The notes beneath the pieces are model-generated. The model worked only from the letters and a program-made list of their open reading frames with translations. It was not told the DNA's origin and did no database searches. Both the position numbers and the translations under genes were made by a program. DNA of 64,000 bases from an uncultured Rhodospirillaceae bacterium (GTDB taxonomy: Bacteria; Pseudomonadota; Alphaproteobacteria; UBA828), in the NCBI GenBank assembly GCA_963997635.1, contig CAXEND010000013.1, positions 1,279-65,278 on the forward strand. Direction: 5' to 3'. Of this stretch, positions 20,644 to 32,039 are shown piece by piece (the stretch's first letter is position 1; each line of letters begins with the position of its first letter).

Positions 20644-21505
20644 AATAAAGCTCTCATATATAAAGATATGTTTTTTCTTTATATTTTGTAATTTTATAAT
20701 ATTAACCAATGTAATAAATGAAGAAATTAACTCAGCTGAACAAGCTGAATCAGATAAAGTTCCATCAATTTTTAGCCATAATGGATCAACTCATTACTCG
20801 GGAAAAGTTTCTTATATTTCAATAGTGATTGATGACTTAGGTCATTCTCGAACAAAACTTAATGCATTTCTTACATTACCTAAATTTATTACTTTAGCTT
20901 TTTTGCCATATACTAGTAATGCAAAATATTTTTCATCAATAGCATACAAAAGGGGGCATGATATACTCCTACATTTGCCGATGGAGGCACTAGATTCTAA
21001 TGCAGACCCAGGCCCAACTACACTTAAGGTAAATAGCAAAAAAAAACAATTTCTTGATTTGCTAACACGAAATCTTGATTCAATAGAATCATTTGTCGGT
21101 GTGAATAATCATATGGGTAGCAAACTCTCCAAAAATAAGGTGGCTCTTCAGATTATTATGAATGAACTATCTAAAAGAAATGTTTTTTATTTAGATTCAT
21201 TAACCATTCAAAATAGTTTGGGCTGGTTAATAGCCAGAGATTATGGCATCCCATTTGCAAAGCGTGATGTATTCATTGACCATTCAATTAATAAATTAGA
21301 TATAAAAAAACAACTTCATAAACTTGAACAAATAGCCCATAGAAAAGGTTATGCTGTTGGGATTGGACACCCCCACATGATAACCCTATATGAATTGTCT
21401 GAATGGATTCCATTGGCAGAAAATCGTGGAATAAAATTTGTGCCATTAAGTAAAATCGTTAGAATGGAATGTAAATGTGATCTTTATCCAGAAAACTTAT
21501 ACTAG
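20621..21505 (+). CDS. divergent polysaccharide deacetylase family protein (YibQ-like), secreted
   Basis: N-terminal signal/TM segment followed by a YibQ-type domain (IVIDDLGHS..., HMGS, GIGHPH). It overlaps the methyltransferase by 23 bp. Confidence 0.7.
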   Translation: MKPQMKTKIKLSYIKICFFFIFCNFIILTNVINEEINSAEQAESDKVPSIFSHNGSTHYSGKVSYISIVIDDLGHSRTKLNAFLTLPKFITLAFLPYTSNAKYFSSIAYKRGHDILLHLPMEALDSNADPGPTTLKVNSKKKQFLDLLTRNLDSIESFVGVNNHMGSKLSKNKVALQIIMNELSKRNVFYLDSLTIQNSLGWLIARDYGIPFAKRDVFIDHSINKLDIKKQLHKLEQIAHRKGYAVGIGHPHMITLYELSEWIPLAENRGIKFVPLSKIVRMECKCDLYPENLY

Positions 21506-21520
21506 GTTATTCGTATGTTT

Positions 21521-23038
21521 TTAAGATCGTCCTTCTAGAGCAAATCTAACTGCATCTTCTGCTGCCCTAAATAATGCCCTTGCCTTATTAACGGTTTCTT
21601 CATATTCAAGTTCAGGATCGCTATCGGCAACCACACCACCCCCAGCCTGAACATACATTATGTTATTTTTTATTACTGCGGTCCTAAGTGCAATACAAGT
21701 ATCCATAGATCCACCAGCCGAAAAATAACCTACAGCTCCCGCGTAAATACCTCTTTTAGTTTTCTCTAATTCGTCAATAATTTCCATAGCTCTAACCTTT
21801 GGTGCACCAGTTACAGTGCCTGCAGGAAAACCAGCTATCAATGCATCAACAGAGTCTAACCCCTCCCTGAGAGATCCTTCAACATTTGAGACAATATGCA
21901 TAACGTGAGAATAATGTTCTATTATCATCTCATCTGTTACTTTAACACTACCTGTCTTGGCGACTCTTCCAACGTCATTACGACCAAGGTCTAACAACAT
22001 CAAATGCTCAGCAAGCTCTTTTGAATCTGAAAGTAAATCTTTTGCAAGAGCATCGTCTTCAGAACGATTTGAACCTCTGGGTCTTGTTCCCGCAATCGGT
22101 CTAATAGTAACTTTATCTTCTCTCAAACGAACTAAGATCTCAGGGCTAGATCCAACTACTGAAAAGTCACCAAAATTTAAGTAATAAAGAAAAGGGGAGG
22201 GATTCAGTCTACGTAATGAGCGGTATAGAGCAAAAGAAGGTAATGGAAAATTTACTTCAAATCTTTGAGACGGAACCACCTGAAAAACATCACCAGAAAA
22301 TATATATTTTTTTGCAGCCTCAACCATTTCTCGATATTCTTCAAGGGAAGTGTTAGAGACAGGCCTACCAAACTTTAAGTTTTTATTTTTGTCATAATTC
22401 GGAATTGGTATTGGCAATGGTTTCTCAAGATCTTTTACGGTCTCAGACAATCTTGTTAGAGCTTGATCATATGCTTCTAGTGCATTTAATTTGATATTAG
22501 GCCAAACAGTTGCAACTAAAGAGATTGTATCTTTTACAGAATCAAAAATTGCCATAATTGTTGGCCTTAGCAATATAGAATCAGGTAGGTCTAATATATC
22601 TGGATTAGAATGGGGTAATTTCTCCATTTGCCTGACCATATCATAGCCAATGTAGCCAACTAACCCAGCTGACATAGGTGGTAAACCTTCTGGGATTTTA
22701 ATTTGCGACTCACTTAAAAGATCTTTTAAGGACTGCAAGGGATTCTTTATACTTTTCTCAAAATTATTTTCATCATTAATTGCATCTTTATTAACTTCTA
22801 CGGTATTACCCTTACAACGCCATATTAAATCTGGTTTTAATCCTATTATTGAATATCTACCCCTGACATCTCCACCTTCAACAGATTCTAGAAGAAAAGC
22901 ATTTTTCCTTTCATCGGCCAGTTTTAAAAATACTGATACAGGTGTTTCTAAATCCGCTACAAGATAAGATGAAATAACTTGAGGTCTTCCCTCGTTATAT
23001 AAAGATGAGAAATGCTTAAAATCTATTTTTAGACTCAT
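21521..23038 (-). CDS. trpE: anthranilate synthase component I
   Basis: Chorismate-binding domain (YVQAGGGVVADSDPELEYEET). 505 aa. Confidence 0.93.
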   Translation of the reverse strand: MSLKIDFKHFSSLYNEGRPQVISSYLVADLETPVSVFLKLADERKNAFLLESVEGGDVRGRYSIIGLKPDLIWRCKGNTVEVNKDAINDENNFEKSIKNPLQSLKDLLSESQIKIPEGLPPMSAGLVGYIGYDMVRQMEKLPHSNPDILDLPDSILLRPTIMAIFDSVKDTISLVATVWPNIKLNALEAYDQALTRLSETVKDLEKPLPIPIPNYDKNKNLKFGRPVSNTSLEEYREMVEAAKKYIFSGDVFQVVPSQRFEVNFPLPSFALYRSLRRLNPSPFLYYLNFGDFSVVGSSPEILVRLREDKVTIRPIAGTRPRGSNRSEDDALAKDLLSDSKELAEHLMLLDLGRNDVGRVAKTGSVKVTDEMIIEHYSHVMHIVSNVEGSLREGLDSVDALIAGFPAGTVTGAPKVRAMEIIDELEKTKRGIYAGAVGYFSAGGSMDTCIALRTAVIKNNIMYVQAGGGVVADSDPELEYEETVNKARALFRAAEDAVRFALEGRS

Positions 23039-24927
23039 GGTTTGGCAAACAACCTCTCGAATGTAGAACCGTTTACCTCTATATTATGCTGAGCCTGAAG
23101 AGCAAATCGATATAAGATAATTGTATCTAATTTTCTTGATTGTTGGATAGAATAAACGGTTGCATTACGTGTGGATTCAAAATTCTCAGGTGATGCGAAG
23201 TATTTGTTTAGTGGAATTAAAACATGATAGTCAGAATTAATTTTGGCTATTAAAGGGTCACGCGCATTAGCCTTAACAGCAAATAATTTCTGATTTAACT
23301 CAGCTGTAATACCATTTTCTTGATCAAATTCTGATCGAGAGAGACCATTTATAGTTCTTACCAGAAAATTATTACTTTTTATTATCTCATTTAGTAAAAC
23401 CCCTGACTTGATTTTTTTACTTAGATCTTCTGCAATTAACAAACTTTTTTCATTAATCAAATTGGTATTTATATCTTCTTTTACCTTATTAAGTATTTCA
23501 GAAAGAGGTTGAATTGAAGATTCTTCAATATTGTCAACTCTTAGAAGGAAATAACCATCTTCGCCAATTTCATAAAGGTCAGATGTTTCACCAAGGGCAA
23601 CTGAAAAAGCAGCATTTAAAATTTTTTCGGAACCATTAAAAATGGCACTTTTAAAATCACCCACTTTGTCTACACCATAGCTGTCGAAGGGACCTACTTT
23701 TGTAATTTGTAAATTTGTTGAATTAGCTGCATCCTCAAGTGAACCACCACCTGCTAATATATCTTCCACATTTGCCGAGAGACCATAAAGTGTATCTGTA
23801 GCTATTTCAGCAAACATTTGGTCATAAATTTCATCTTTTATATCTTGATATGGGATTAAACCAGCTTCTTTAACTTCATTAATTAAAAACAAATGCCAGC
23901 CAAAAGGGGTTTCTATTGGAGCGGTTATTTCTCCTCGACCTGTATTGAAAACTCTAATATCTGCTTCTTTTGGTAAAGATCCATTGGTAAGATCTGGAAG
24001 TTCAGTAACAACAGCTCCTTGTTCAGAGGCTATATTTTTTATTTCAATAAATGACTGCCCATTATCTATAGCAGTTTTAAGATTATTTATTAAAACCTCA
24101 TCACTGGAGAGTATTTGGGTGACATCACGTCTCTCGGGAAGCTCAAATTCAGTAGATCTATATTCATATTCTGCAAAAATGTCTTCCTCAGTTAACTCAA
24201 TCTCATCCTTAACAGCTTCAGAATTTAGTCGAAGGATGGATATTGATCGGTACTCAGGATTTCTATACTTTTCAGAATTTTCTTTGTAATAGCTTTCTAT
24301 ATCATTATCTGAGATTAAGTCACGATTGTCTAAATCTGATGATATTTTGATAAGCTGCACATCTCTACGTTCCTGATTATATTTTTCAACAAAATCTGCT
24401 AAAATTTCAGGAATTTTCCTGTTAGGATAAATTGAGTCTATTACTTGTTTTGTTAGAATTTCATTTTTAACGCCATTTTCAAAAGACTCTATTGATTTAC
24501 CACTTCTTTGAAGAGCTCTTTCATATAAAAGATTGTTGAATTTTCCATTTTCAATTAGTGCTGGATTTTCTTTAATTATTTGATTGGCAATCATAACATC
24601 AGATATGACCATCCCGGAACTTCTTGCTTCCTCCACTATTAAAGCTTGCTCTACAAGGCGACGTAATATTTGTGTTGGAAGACCTATCTCTCTAGCCTGG
24701 TCACCAGTAAAATTTGGATATCTGGATTGGATTTGGCGCATTTCTGCATTAAATTCTCTTCCAAGAGTTGCTGCTGCAATTTCTGTTTCCCCAACTGAAG
24801 CTACAGTATCTGAATTGCCTGGACGAAAAACATCGCTAATTCCCCACACAGCAAAACTGAGAGCTAACAAAATTATTATAATTTTTGTGGACCAAGACTT
24901 TGTTTGTCCTTTTAAAAATTCAAACAT
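23035..24927 (-). CDS. ppiD: SurA N-terminal domain-containing periplasmic chaperone / peptidyl-prolyl isomerase (PpiD-like)
   Basis: N-terminal TM anchor, a SurA-N-like domain and a parvulin-like region. 630 aa. Its position upstream of trpE is conserved in alphaproteobacteria. Confidence 0.75.
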   Translation of the reverse strand: MFEFLKGQTKSWSTKIIIILLALSFAVWGISDVFRPGNSDTVASVGETEIAAATLGREFNAEMRQIQSRYPNFTGDQAREIGLPTQILRRLVEQALIVEEARSSGMVISDVMIANQIIKENPALIENGKFNNLLYERALQRSGKSIESFENGVKNEILTKQVIDSIYPNRKIPEILADFVEKYNQERRDVQLIKISSDLDNRDLISDNDIESYYKENSEKYRNPEYRSISILRLNSEAVKDEIELTEEDIFAEYEYRSTEFELPERRDVTQILSSDEVLINNLKTAIDNGQSFIEIKNIASEQGAVVTELPDLTNGSLPKEADIRVFNTGRGEITAPIETPFGWHLFLINEVKEAGLIPYQDIKDEIYDQMFAEIATDTLYGLSANVEDILAGGGSLEDAANSTNLQITKVGPFDSYGVDKVGDFKSAIFNGSEKILNAAFSVALGETSDLYEIGEDGYFLLRVDNIEESSIQPLSEILNKVKEDINTNLINEKSLLIAEDLSKKIKSGVLLNEIIKSNNFLVRTINGLSRSEFDQENGITAELNQKLFAVKANARDPLIAKINSDYHVLIPLNKYFASPENFESTRNATVYSIQQSRKLDTIILYRFALQAQHNIEVNGSTFERLFAKP

Positions 24928-25095
24928 AATACCTATTGACTAATTTATTATTATGGTTCTGTGTAAATTAAAATTTAATGATAACTTAAAGAGCAAGATA
25001 ATTTATACCTACAAATTCAATAATAGTATTATTTATATAGATAATTCTACTAAAAGAAGATTATTAAGTCTTGCTGGCAAGAAAATAAACTGTGT

Positions 25096-25155
25096 GTTAG
25101 TCCTTTTTGATTTTAAGGATTTATTTATTAATCAGACAAATTAGCGGGGACTAAC
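25096..25155. promoter_or_regulatory. 8-bp inverted repeat GTTAGTCC ... GGACTAAC with a 44-nt spacer, 40 bp upstream of tpiA
   Basis: Read directly from the sequence. It lies in the 269-bp ppiD/tpiA divergent spacer. Confidence 0.4.
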
Positions 25156-25196
25156 AAAAAATACAAATCTTATGGATTTTTAATTTAGGAGATATA

Positions 25197-25949
25197 ATGC
25201 TTGTCGTAGCAAATTGGAAAATGAATGGGCTTAGGCGTGAATCTATTGATAGAGCAAAAACTCTTGCTCAAATGGAATCAACTAACCGATTAAAGTGTGA
25301 TGTTTTGCTATGCCCTCCTGCACAAATACTAAGTGATATTCGTTACGCTATTGACAACTCAAATATCTTTTTAGGTGCTCAAGACTGTCATTTTGATTTT
25401 GAAGGTCCTTATACGGGAGATATATCATCAAGTATGCTCGTAGATGTTGGATGCACTCATGTTATAATTGGACACTCTGAAAGACGCATTAATCATTCTG
25501 AAACAAATGAAATAGTAGCTCGTAAAGCAGAAGCTGCCCATCAAGTTGGATTAAACACAATTATATGTATTGGTGAAAACATGGAGGAGTTTAAACTTGG
25601 GCAAACTGTTGAGAAACTCTCTAATCAGTTAGCTAATTCAATTCCTGATTCCGCAAATCTAAATAACACTATGATTGCCTATGAGCCTTGTTGGGCTATC
25701 GGTAGTGGCTCTACACCAACATTGACAGAAATTGATGATACACATAAAGCTATATTAGAATTTACTAAAAACAATATTTTTAAACAGGGTGAGAAAATGG
25801 ATATATTGTATGGTGGCTCTGTAAATGAAAAAAATGCCGATTCTATTCTTGACTTAGATCATGTTGGAGGTGTTCTTGTCGGTGGAGCTAGTCTCATAAC
25901 AGAAAAGTTCTGGTCTATTTGCAAAAGTGCGGATAGAAAATTTAAATAA
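25197..25949 (+). CDS. tpiA: triose-phosphate isomerase
   Basis: TIM signature AYEPCWAIGSG. An AGGAG ribosome-binding site lies 8 bp upstream. Confidence 0.93.
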   Translation: MLVVANWKMNGLRRESIDRAKTLAQMESTNRLKCDVLLCPPAQILSDIRYAIDNSNIFLGAQDCHFDFEGPYTGDISSSMLVDVGCTHVIIGHSERRINHSETNEIVARKAEAAHQVGLNTIICIGENMEEFKLGQTVEKLSNQLANSIPDSANLNNTMIAYEPCWAIGSGSTPTLTEIDDTHKAILEFTKNNIFKQGEKMDILYGGSVNEKNADSILDLDHVGGVLVGGASLITEKFWSICKSADRKFK

Positions 25950-25978
25950 TAAATTTAATAATCTCGGGAGAATAGAAG

Positions 25979-26371
25979 TTGGAGATTATATTACTAGTTA
26001 TATTGATAATTGTTGCAATTGCAATGATTGCGGCGGTGTTGATACAACGTAGCGAGGGTGGGGCACTAGGAATAGGTGGTCCGGGTGCCATGTTCTCCGC
26101 ACGTGGTTCAGCAAATTTTCTTACACGTATAACTGCAGGATTAGCCGCAGCTTTTATGATTTTAAGTTTAGTACTTGCGATTCTGAGTAGTAGATCTGAT
26201 CAAGGAGGTTCTGTGATTGAATCTGTTAACAGATTAACTCCAGAAGAATCTATTATTGAATTAAAAGGTGATAGAACTGATTCAGAACCATCTAAATCAG
26301 TTGACCAATTACTCGATTCGAATTCAAACTTAATAGATAATGATGAATCAGAATCTTTTTTAGATGATTAG
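25979..26371 (+). CDS. secG: preprotein translocase subunit SecG (with acidic C-terminal extension)
   Basis: Two TM helices and a glycine-rich loop (GGPGAMFSARGSANFLTR). TTG start. It sits in the tpiA-secG-pyrG arrangement. Confidence 0.85.
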   Translation: MEIILLVILIIVAIAMIAAVLIQRSEGGALGIGGPGAMFSARGSANFLTRITAGLAAAFMILSLVLAILSSRSDQGGSVIESVNRLTPEESIIELKGDRTDSEPSKSVDQLLDSNSNLIDNDESESFLDD

Positions 26372-26466
26372 TATTATTAAAAAATCGCAGTTTTACTAAT
26401 ACAAAAATATTATTTACTTGAAATACTTGGGTGAATGCTATTGCTCTGCTATAATCCAAAACCGTC

Positions 26467-28095
26467 ATGACAAAATATATTTTTATTACAGGCGGTGTAG
26501 TATCATCCCTAGGAAAAGGTTTGTCTTCAGCTGCACTTGGAGCTTTGCTTCAAGCTCGAGGTTATAGTGTAAGACTAAGGAAACTTGATCCATATCTCAA
26601 TGTTGACCCTGGTACAATGAGCCCATACCAACATGGTGAAGTATATGTAACGGATGACGGTGCAGAAACAGACCTTGATTTAGGACATTACGAGAGGTTT
26701 ACAGGTGTTTCAGCACGTCGCACCGATAGCATAACTGCCGGGAGAATATATTCTACAGTCATTACAAAAGAGAGACGAGGGGATTATTTAGGAGGAACTG
26801 TTCAAGTAATTCCACACGTAACTGATTCTATTAAGGAAGCTATTACTTCAGATTTAGAAAATACAGATTTTGCATTAATTGAAATAGGAGGCACTGTCGG
26901 AGATATTGAAGGTCTACCTTTCTTTGAGGCTATTAGACAAATGGGCTATGAACTAGGACGTGACAAAGTATTATTTGTTCATCTTACTCTGTTACCGTAC
27001 ATTCCAGCAGCTGGAGAACTAAAAACTAAACCTACACAGCATTCAGTAAAAGAATTAAGAAGTATTGGTATACAACCAGACCTTCTTCTATGTCGGAGTG
27101 ACAGAGAAATTCCTGAAGGGGAAAGAAAAAAAATTGCCCAATTTTGTAATGTTCCCCATGAAAGAGTAATTCCTGCACTAGATGTAGACAGTATCTACGA
27201 AGTTCCAATAAGCTATCATGATCAAGGTTTTGATATAGAAGTATTAAAGCATTTTAAAATAAAGAGTCCCAAGAACCCAGACTTCTCTAGCTGGAATAAA
27301 ATAATTAAAACTATCCAGCATCCAGAGGGAGAGGTAAATATAGGAATAGTAGGAAAGTATACTGGCCTGCAAGATGCATATAAATCTCTAGCAGAAGCCC
27401 TAGTTCATGGTGGACTAGCAAATAATGTAGGAGTTAATCTTCAATGGATTAATGCAGATATTTTTGAGACTGACTCAGCAATCCAAACACTGGAGTCAGT
27501 GCATGGAATTTTAGTACCTGGTGGATTTGGTGAACGCGGAGCAGAAGGGAAAATTTCAGCAGTAACTTTTGCTCGCACAAGGAATATACCATATTTTGGG
27601 ATCTGTTTAGGAATGCAGCTCGCAGTTATAGAAACAGCTCGTAACATAGCTGGGATAGAACATGCATCATCAACCGAGTTCGGCCCATGTGAAAGTCCTG
27701 TAATAGGACTTTTAACTGAGTGGCAATCAGGAGATAAAGTTGAACAACGTTCCTCAAAAGATGACCTAGGAGGAACAATGCGTTTGGGAGCCTACGACGC
27801 CGTCCTAAACCCTAATAGTAAAGTTATAAATATATATAAAGAGAAATTAATTTCAGAACGACACAGACATAGATATGAGGTAAACATAAACTTTAAGAGA
27901 GATTTAATGGAGGCTGGCTTATACTTTTCAGGATTTTCACCTGATGGAGAATTGCCAGAAATTATTGAACGCACTGACCACCCTTGGTTCATTGGTGTTC
28001 AATTTCATCCAGAACTTAAATCAAAACCTTTTGATCCTCATCCACTGTTTGCTAGCTTCATTAGAGCTGCTGTTGATCAATCAAGATTAGTATAG
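26467..28095 (+). CDS. pyrG: CTP synthase
   Basis: N-terminal synthetase domain and a C-terminal GATase with GICLGMQ. 542 aa. Confidence 0.95.
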   Translation: MTKYIFITGGVVSSLGKGLSSAALGALLQARGYSVRLRKLDPYLNVDPGTMSPYQHGEVYVTDDGAETDLDLGHYERFTGVSARRTDSITAGRIYSTVITKERRGDYLGGTVQVIPHVTDSIKEAITSDLENTDFALIEIGGTVGDIEGLPFFEAIRQMGYELGRDKVLFVHLTLLPYIPAAGELKTKPTQHSVKELRSIGIQPDLLLCRSDREIPEGERKKIAQFCNVPHERVIPALDVDSIYEVPISYHDQGFDIEVLKHFKIKSPKNPDFSSWNKIIKTIQHPEGEVNIGIVGKYTGLQDAYKSLAEALVHGGLANNVGVNLQWINADIFETDSAIQTLESVHGILVPGGFGERGAEGKISAVTFARTRNIPYFGICLGMQLAVIETARNIAGIEHASSTEFGPCESPVIGLLTEWQSGDKVEQRSSKDDLGGTMRLGAYDAVLNPNSKVINIYKEKLISERHRHRYEVNINFKRDLMEAGLYFSGFSPDGELPEIIERTDHPWFIGVQFHPELKSKPFDPHPLFASFIRAAVDQSRLV

Positions 28096-28110
28096 AGAAA
28101 TGCCAGACTT

Positions 28111-28944
28111 ATGAAAAAAAATCATCTTGTCAGTATAGGAAAAGTAAATATTGCTAATGATTTACCAATAACTCTAATTGCTGGACCATGTGCTATAGAA
28201 AGTCGAAATCATGCATTAGAGGTAGCAGAGTGCTTGGTGAAAATCACAGAAAAAAGAAAGATTCAATTTATATATAAAAGCTCCTTTGATAAAGCTAATC
28301 GTAGCAGTTATGAAAGCCCAAGAGGTATTGGTATAAATGATGGTTTAGAAATACTTTCGGAAATTAAAGAAAATTTTGGCTGCCCTATAGTGACAGATGT
28401 TCACGAAGCTAAACATTGTGATCCCGTTGCTAAACATGTTGATATACTTCAAATCCCTGCGTTTTTATGTCGTCAAACGGATTTACTTATTGCTGCAGCC
28501 CAAACCGGCAAAGCAATAAATGTAAAAAAAGGACAATTTCTTGCACCATGGGATATGGAGAACATAATAAAAAAAATTTCTAATGCAGGTAATAATAAAA
28601 TCTTACTTTGCGAAAGAGGAGCTAGCTTCGGATATAATACCTTAGTATCAGATATGCGCTCATTACCAATTCTTGCAAAAACAGGATATCCTGTAGTCTT
28701 TGATGCGACACATTCTGTTCAGCAGCCTGGAGGAAATGGTATTACCTCAGGAGGAGAAAGAGAATTTGTTCCTATATTAGCAAGAGCAGCAGTAGCAATT
28801 GGGGTGGCTGCGATTTTTATCGAAACCCATCCAGACCCTGATAAAGCTATTTCAGATGGACCAAACATGGTACACCTTTCGCATTTACCTGATCTAATAG
28901 ACGAACTTTTAGCTTTTGATAAACTTTCAAAATCTTACAAATAA
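28111..28944 (+). CDS. kdsA: 3-deoxy-8-phosphooctulonate synthase
   Basis: DAHP/KDO8P synthase family, 277 aa. Confidence 0.92.
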   Translation: MKKNHLVSIGKVNIANDLPITLIAGPCAIESRNHALEVAECLVKITEKRKIQFIYKSSFDKANRSSYESPRGIGINDGLEILSEIKENFGCPIVTDVHEAKHCDPVAKHVDILQIPAFLCRQTDLLIAAAQTGKAINVKKGQFLAPWDMENIIKKISNAGNNKILLCERGASFGYNTLVSDMRSLPILAKTGYPVVFDATHSVQQPGGNGITSGGEREFVPILARAAVAIGVAAIFIETHPDPDKAISDGPNMVHLSHLPDLIDELLAFDKLSKSYK

Positions 28945-29088
28945 TCGTTATTTTAAATGTTCTATTCTCATTTCTTTTGAGCAAAAACAATGAAATGCCC
29001 ATAATTAAAGTATCTATAATTTGATGAATGGCCTTTAATATACGAAATTGAATTATAATTCAGAAATATGCCTATCTAGGAGATCCCA

Positions 29089-30372
29089 ATGACCAATATA
29101 GTTAATATTACTGCAAGAGAAATTCTAGATTCACGAGGACAACCTACAGTAGAAGTTGATGTTACTCTTGGCTGCGGGGCATTTGGACGTGCAATAGCAC
29201 CCTCTGGAGCTTCTAAAGGTTCCCACGAGGCATTAGAAAAGCGTGATGAGGATCCTAAGAGATACAATGGAAGAGGAGTTCAAAAAGCTGTATCAGCAGT
29301 AAATGATGAAATTTTCAATGCATTAAGTGGCATGAATTCGCTAGAACAAAAACATATTGATAATACTCTTATAGAGGTTGATGGAACAGAAAATAAGAAC
29401 AGACTAGGTGCAAATTCAATTCTTGCAGTTAGCATTGCAATTTCAAAAGCAGCATCCAATAGTCTAGGAATACCTTTATACAAATATATAGGTGGTACTA
29501 ACGCCAATATATTACCTGTACCTATGATGAACATTTTAAATGGTGGTGTTCATGCAAACAATTCTATTTCATTTCAGGAATTCATGATAATGCCAATTTC
29601 TGCAATAAACATAAGAGAATCTATAAGAATGGGTGCAGAAATTTTTCATGAACTTAAAAATTATCTATCAAATGCTGGCTACAGTACGAACATTGGAGAT
29701 GAGGGGGGATTTGCCCCGAATTTAAAAGATACAAATGCTGCATTGAACTCTTTGATGCTCGCAATCGAGAAAACAGGTCTTACACCGGGTGTAGATGTGG
29801 TTATAGCTATAGATGCTGCAGCTTCAGAGTTATATAGCGATGGAAAATATTCACTTACAGAAAAAGATAAAAGCATTGATTCAGATGAGATGATAGAATT
29901 TTATCAAAATCTAGTTAATAACTATCCTATTGTATCTATTGAAGACGGACTTGCTGAAGATGATTGGGTTGGTTGGTCAGAACTAACTAAGCAACTAGGA
30001 CATAAAATACAATTAGTAGGAGATGACCTTTTTGCTACCAATATCAAACGCTTATCACATGGCATTACGGAGTCAATAGGAAATTCCATTTTAATAAAAC
30101 TAAATCAAATAGGTACTTTAAGTGAAACTCTTGATACAATTGAATTAGCAAAAAGATCTAATTATTCTGCAATTGTTTCACATCGTTCGGGAGAAAGCGA
30201 AGATACAACTATAGCTGACCTAGCGGTAGCAACTAATTGTGGACAAATTAAAACTGGATCGCTATCTCGTGCTGATCGTACTGCAAAATACAATCAATTG
30301 ATTCGTATAGAAGAAGAACTAGATACAAGTGCCTCTTTTGCAGGAAGCCAGTGGATTAAAAATTATATGTAA
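29089..30372 (+). CDS. eno: enolase
   Basis: Enolase signature [14 protein letters not shown], 427 aa. Confidence 0.95.
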   Translation: MTNIVNITAREILDSRGQPTVEVDVTLGCGAFGRAIAPSGASKGSHEALEKRDEDPKRYNGRGVQKAVSAVNDEIFNALSGMNSLEQKHIDNTLIEVDGTENKNRLGANSILAVSIAISKAASNSLGIPLYKYIGGTNANILPVPMMNILNGGVHANNSISFQEFMIMPISAINIRESIRMGAEIFHELKNYLSNAGYSTNIGDEGGFAPNLKDTNAALNSLMLAIEKTGLTPGVDVVIAIDAAASELYSDGKYSLTEKDKSIDSDEMIEFYQNLVNNYPIVSIEDGLAEDDWVGWSELTKQLGHKIQLVGDDLFATNIKRLSHGITESIGNSILIKLNQIGTLSETLDTIELAKRSNYSAIVSHRSGESEDTTIADLAVATNCGQIKTGSLSRADRTAKYNQLIRIEEELDTSASFAGSQWIKNYM

Positions 30373-30478
30373 TATAATCAAATGTTTACAAAAATAACCT
30401 AGATTTATTTATAAACATATAGGAATTTTTTTTCGAATCGATGTTGCATAAACGAATCACTTATGATTCGTTTATCAA

Positions 30479-30793
30479 ATGACATCGGCGATTCGTGAAA
30501 TAAACCTCCGTGCTCGTTATATTGTAGGGCCGTTACTAGGTGCATTAGCAATAGTGTACTTTGGATATCATGTTATTCAGGGTGATAGAGGACTTATAAC
30601 TTGGATACAAAAGAGCCAACAAATCGAAATAACTTCTAATGAACTTGCTTTATTAGAGGAAAAATATGCAGTTCTATATCATAGAACATCTATGTTAAGA
30701 CCAGAGAGTCTTGACCTAGACTTACTTGATGAACGTGTTCGCAGCGTTCTAAATAAGGTAAGGGAAGATGAAATCATTCTTTTCCACAAGTAA
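30479..30793 (+). CDS. ftsB: septum formation initiator (FtsB/DivIC family)
   Basis: One TM helix followed by a coiled coil, 104 aa. It sits in the usual eno-ftsB-pdhA position. Confidence 0.75.
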   Translation: MTSAIREINLRARYIVGPLLGALAIVYFGYHVIQGDRGLITWIQKSQQIEITSNELALLEEKYAVLYHRTSMLRPESLDLDLLDERVRSVLNKVREDEIILFHK

Positions 30794-30998
30794 ACTTTTA
30801 GTATGAAAATAATTATAACCTGCCTTTAATTAGCTTGCTAACTATAATCACAGAAATTCTTGTAAATTTTTTCTCTTATGGCTAGCTTATATATATATTA
30901 GATACTAAATAATTAAGTAGTCACAAATATTGCATATATATGGTGTCCAATATTTTCAAAATATTGAACCACCTGCAACTTCTGTAGGATTGACTGAA

Positions 30999-32015
30999 AT
31001 GACAAGTAATACGGAAAAAAATAATCTAGGAAAAAAAAATAAATTGCCAATTTCCAAACAGTCAAACAAAGCTTTACTTGAATATTTAAAAACCATGTTA
31101 ACTATAAGACGTTTTGAAGAAAAAGCGGGTCAACTTTATGGAATGGGCATTATCGGTGGTTTTTGTCACTTATATATAGGCCAGGAAGCTGTAGTTACAG
31201 GTATTCAAGCTGCACTGAAGCCTGGAGACACCGTGATTACTGGATATAGATGTCATGGACATATGTTGGCTGCTGGGTCCCCACCAAAAAATGTAATGGC
31301 AGAACTTACCGGGAAAATTGACGGAGTATCATCTGGTAAAGGTGGCTCAATGCACATGTTTATAAAAGGAAAATTTTATGGAGGACATGGTATTGTGGGA
31401 GCTCAGGTCCCACTTGGTACTGGACTTGCTTTTGCAAATAAATATAAAAAATCTAACAATGTAAGTATCACATATTTTGGTGATGGAGCTGCGAACCAAG
31501 GCCAAGTCTTTGAGTCTTTCAACATGGCAGCACTTTGGAAATTACCAATTGTATATGTAATTGAAAATAACCAGTATGCCATGGGAACATCTATTTCTCG
31601 ATCTACAGCTATTGAAGAGTTATATAGTCGTGGTGCAGCTTTTGGCATACCAGGCAAGCAAGTTGATGGAATGGATGTTATTGAGGTTTATAAAGCTGCT
31701 AAAAAAGCCGTTCAAAACTGTCGGTTGGGCAAGGGTCCAATTCTACTTGAATTGATGACTTACCGTTTCAGGGGACATTCTATGTCAGATCCTGCTAAAT
31801 ATAGAACTAAGGAAGAAGTCAGCAAAATGCGTCATGAACGTGACCCTATTGAGCACATAAAAACAATTATTTTAAAAAACAAAATTTTGTCAGAAGATAA
31901 ATTTAAACAACTGGATAAAGAAACTAGGGAGATAATTAGTGATGCAGCAGACTTTGCACAAAGCAGCTCTGAACCCTTACTAAGCACACTAACTTCAGAT
32001 GTTATTATAGATTGA
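30999..32015 (+). CDS. pdhA: pyruvate dehydrogenase E1 component alpha subunit
   Basis: TPP-binding motif GDGAANQGQ. The ATG at 30999 is the likely start. The ORF opens at 30930 from a non-ATG codon. Confidence 0.9.
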   Translation: MTSNTEKNNLGKKNKLPISKQSNKALLEYLKTMLTIRRFEEKAGQLYGMGIIGGFCHLYIGQEAVVTGIQAALKPGDTVITGYRCHGHMLAAGSPPKNVMAELTGKIDGVSSGKGGSMHMFIKGKFYGGHGIVGAQVPLGTGLAFANKYKKSNNVSITYFGDGAANQGQVFESFNMAALWKLPIVYVIENNQYAMGTSISRSTAIEELYSRGAAFGIPGKQVDGMDVIEVYKAAKKAVQNCRLGKGPILLELMTYRFRGHSMSDPAKYRTKEEVSKMRHERDPIEHIKTIILKNKILSEDKFKQLDKETREIISDAADFAQSSSEPLLSTLTSDVIID

Positions 32016-32039
32016 GCTACTACAACAAAGGTAAAAAAA

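Noticed and set aside
24953-25144. 63-aa ORF in the ppiD/tpiA spacer
   Set aside because: AT-rich, Asn/Lys/Ile-rich, with no ribosome-binding site or family resemblance. It overlaps the inverted-repeat element and is more likely non-coding.
30794-30998. TTAGCTTGCTAA palindrome in the ftsB-pdhA spacer as a CIRCE-like site
   Set aside because: It is only a 5-bp arm palindrome with a 2-nt spacer and does not match the CIRCE 9-N9-9 architecture. It is too short to call.
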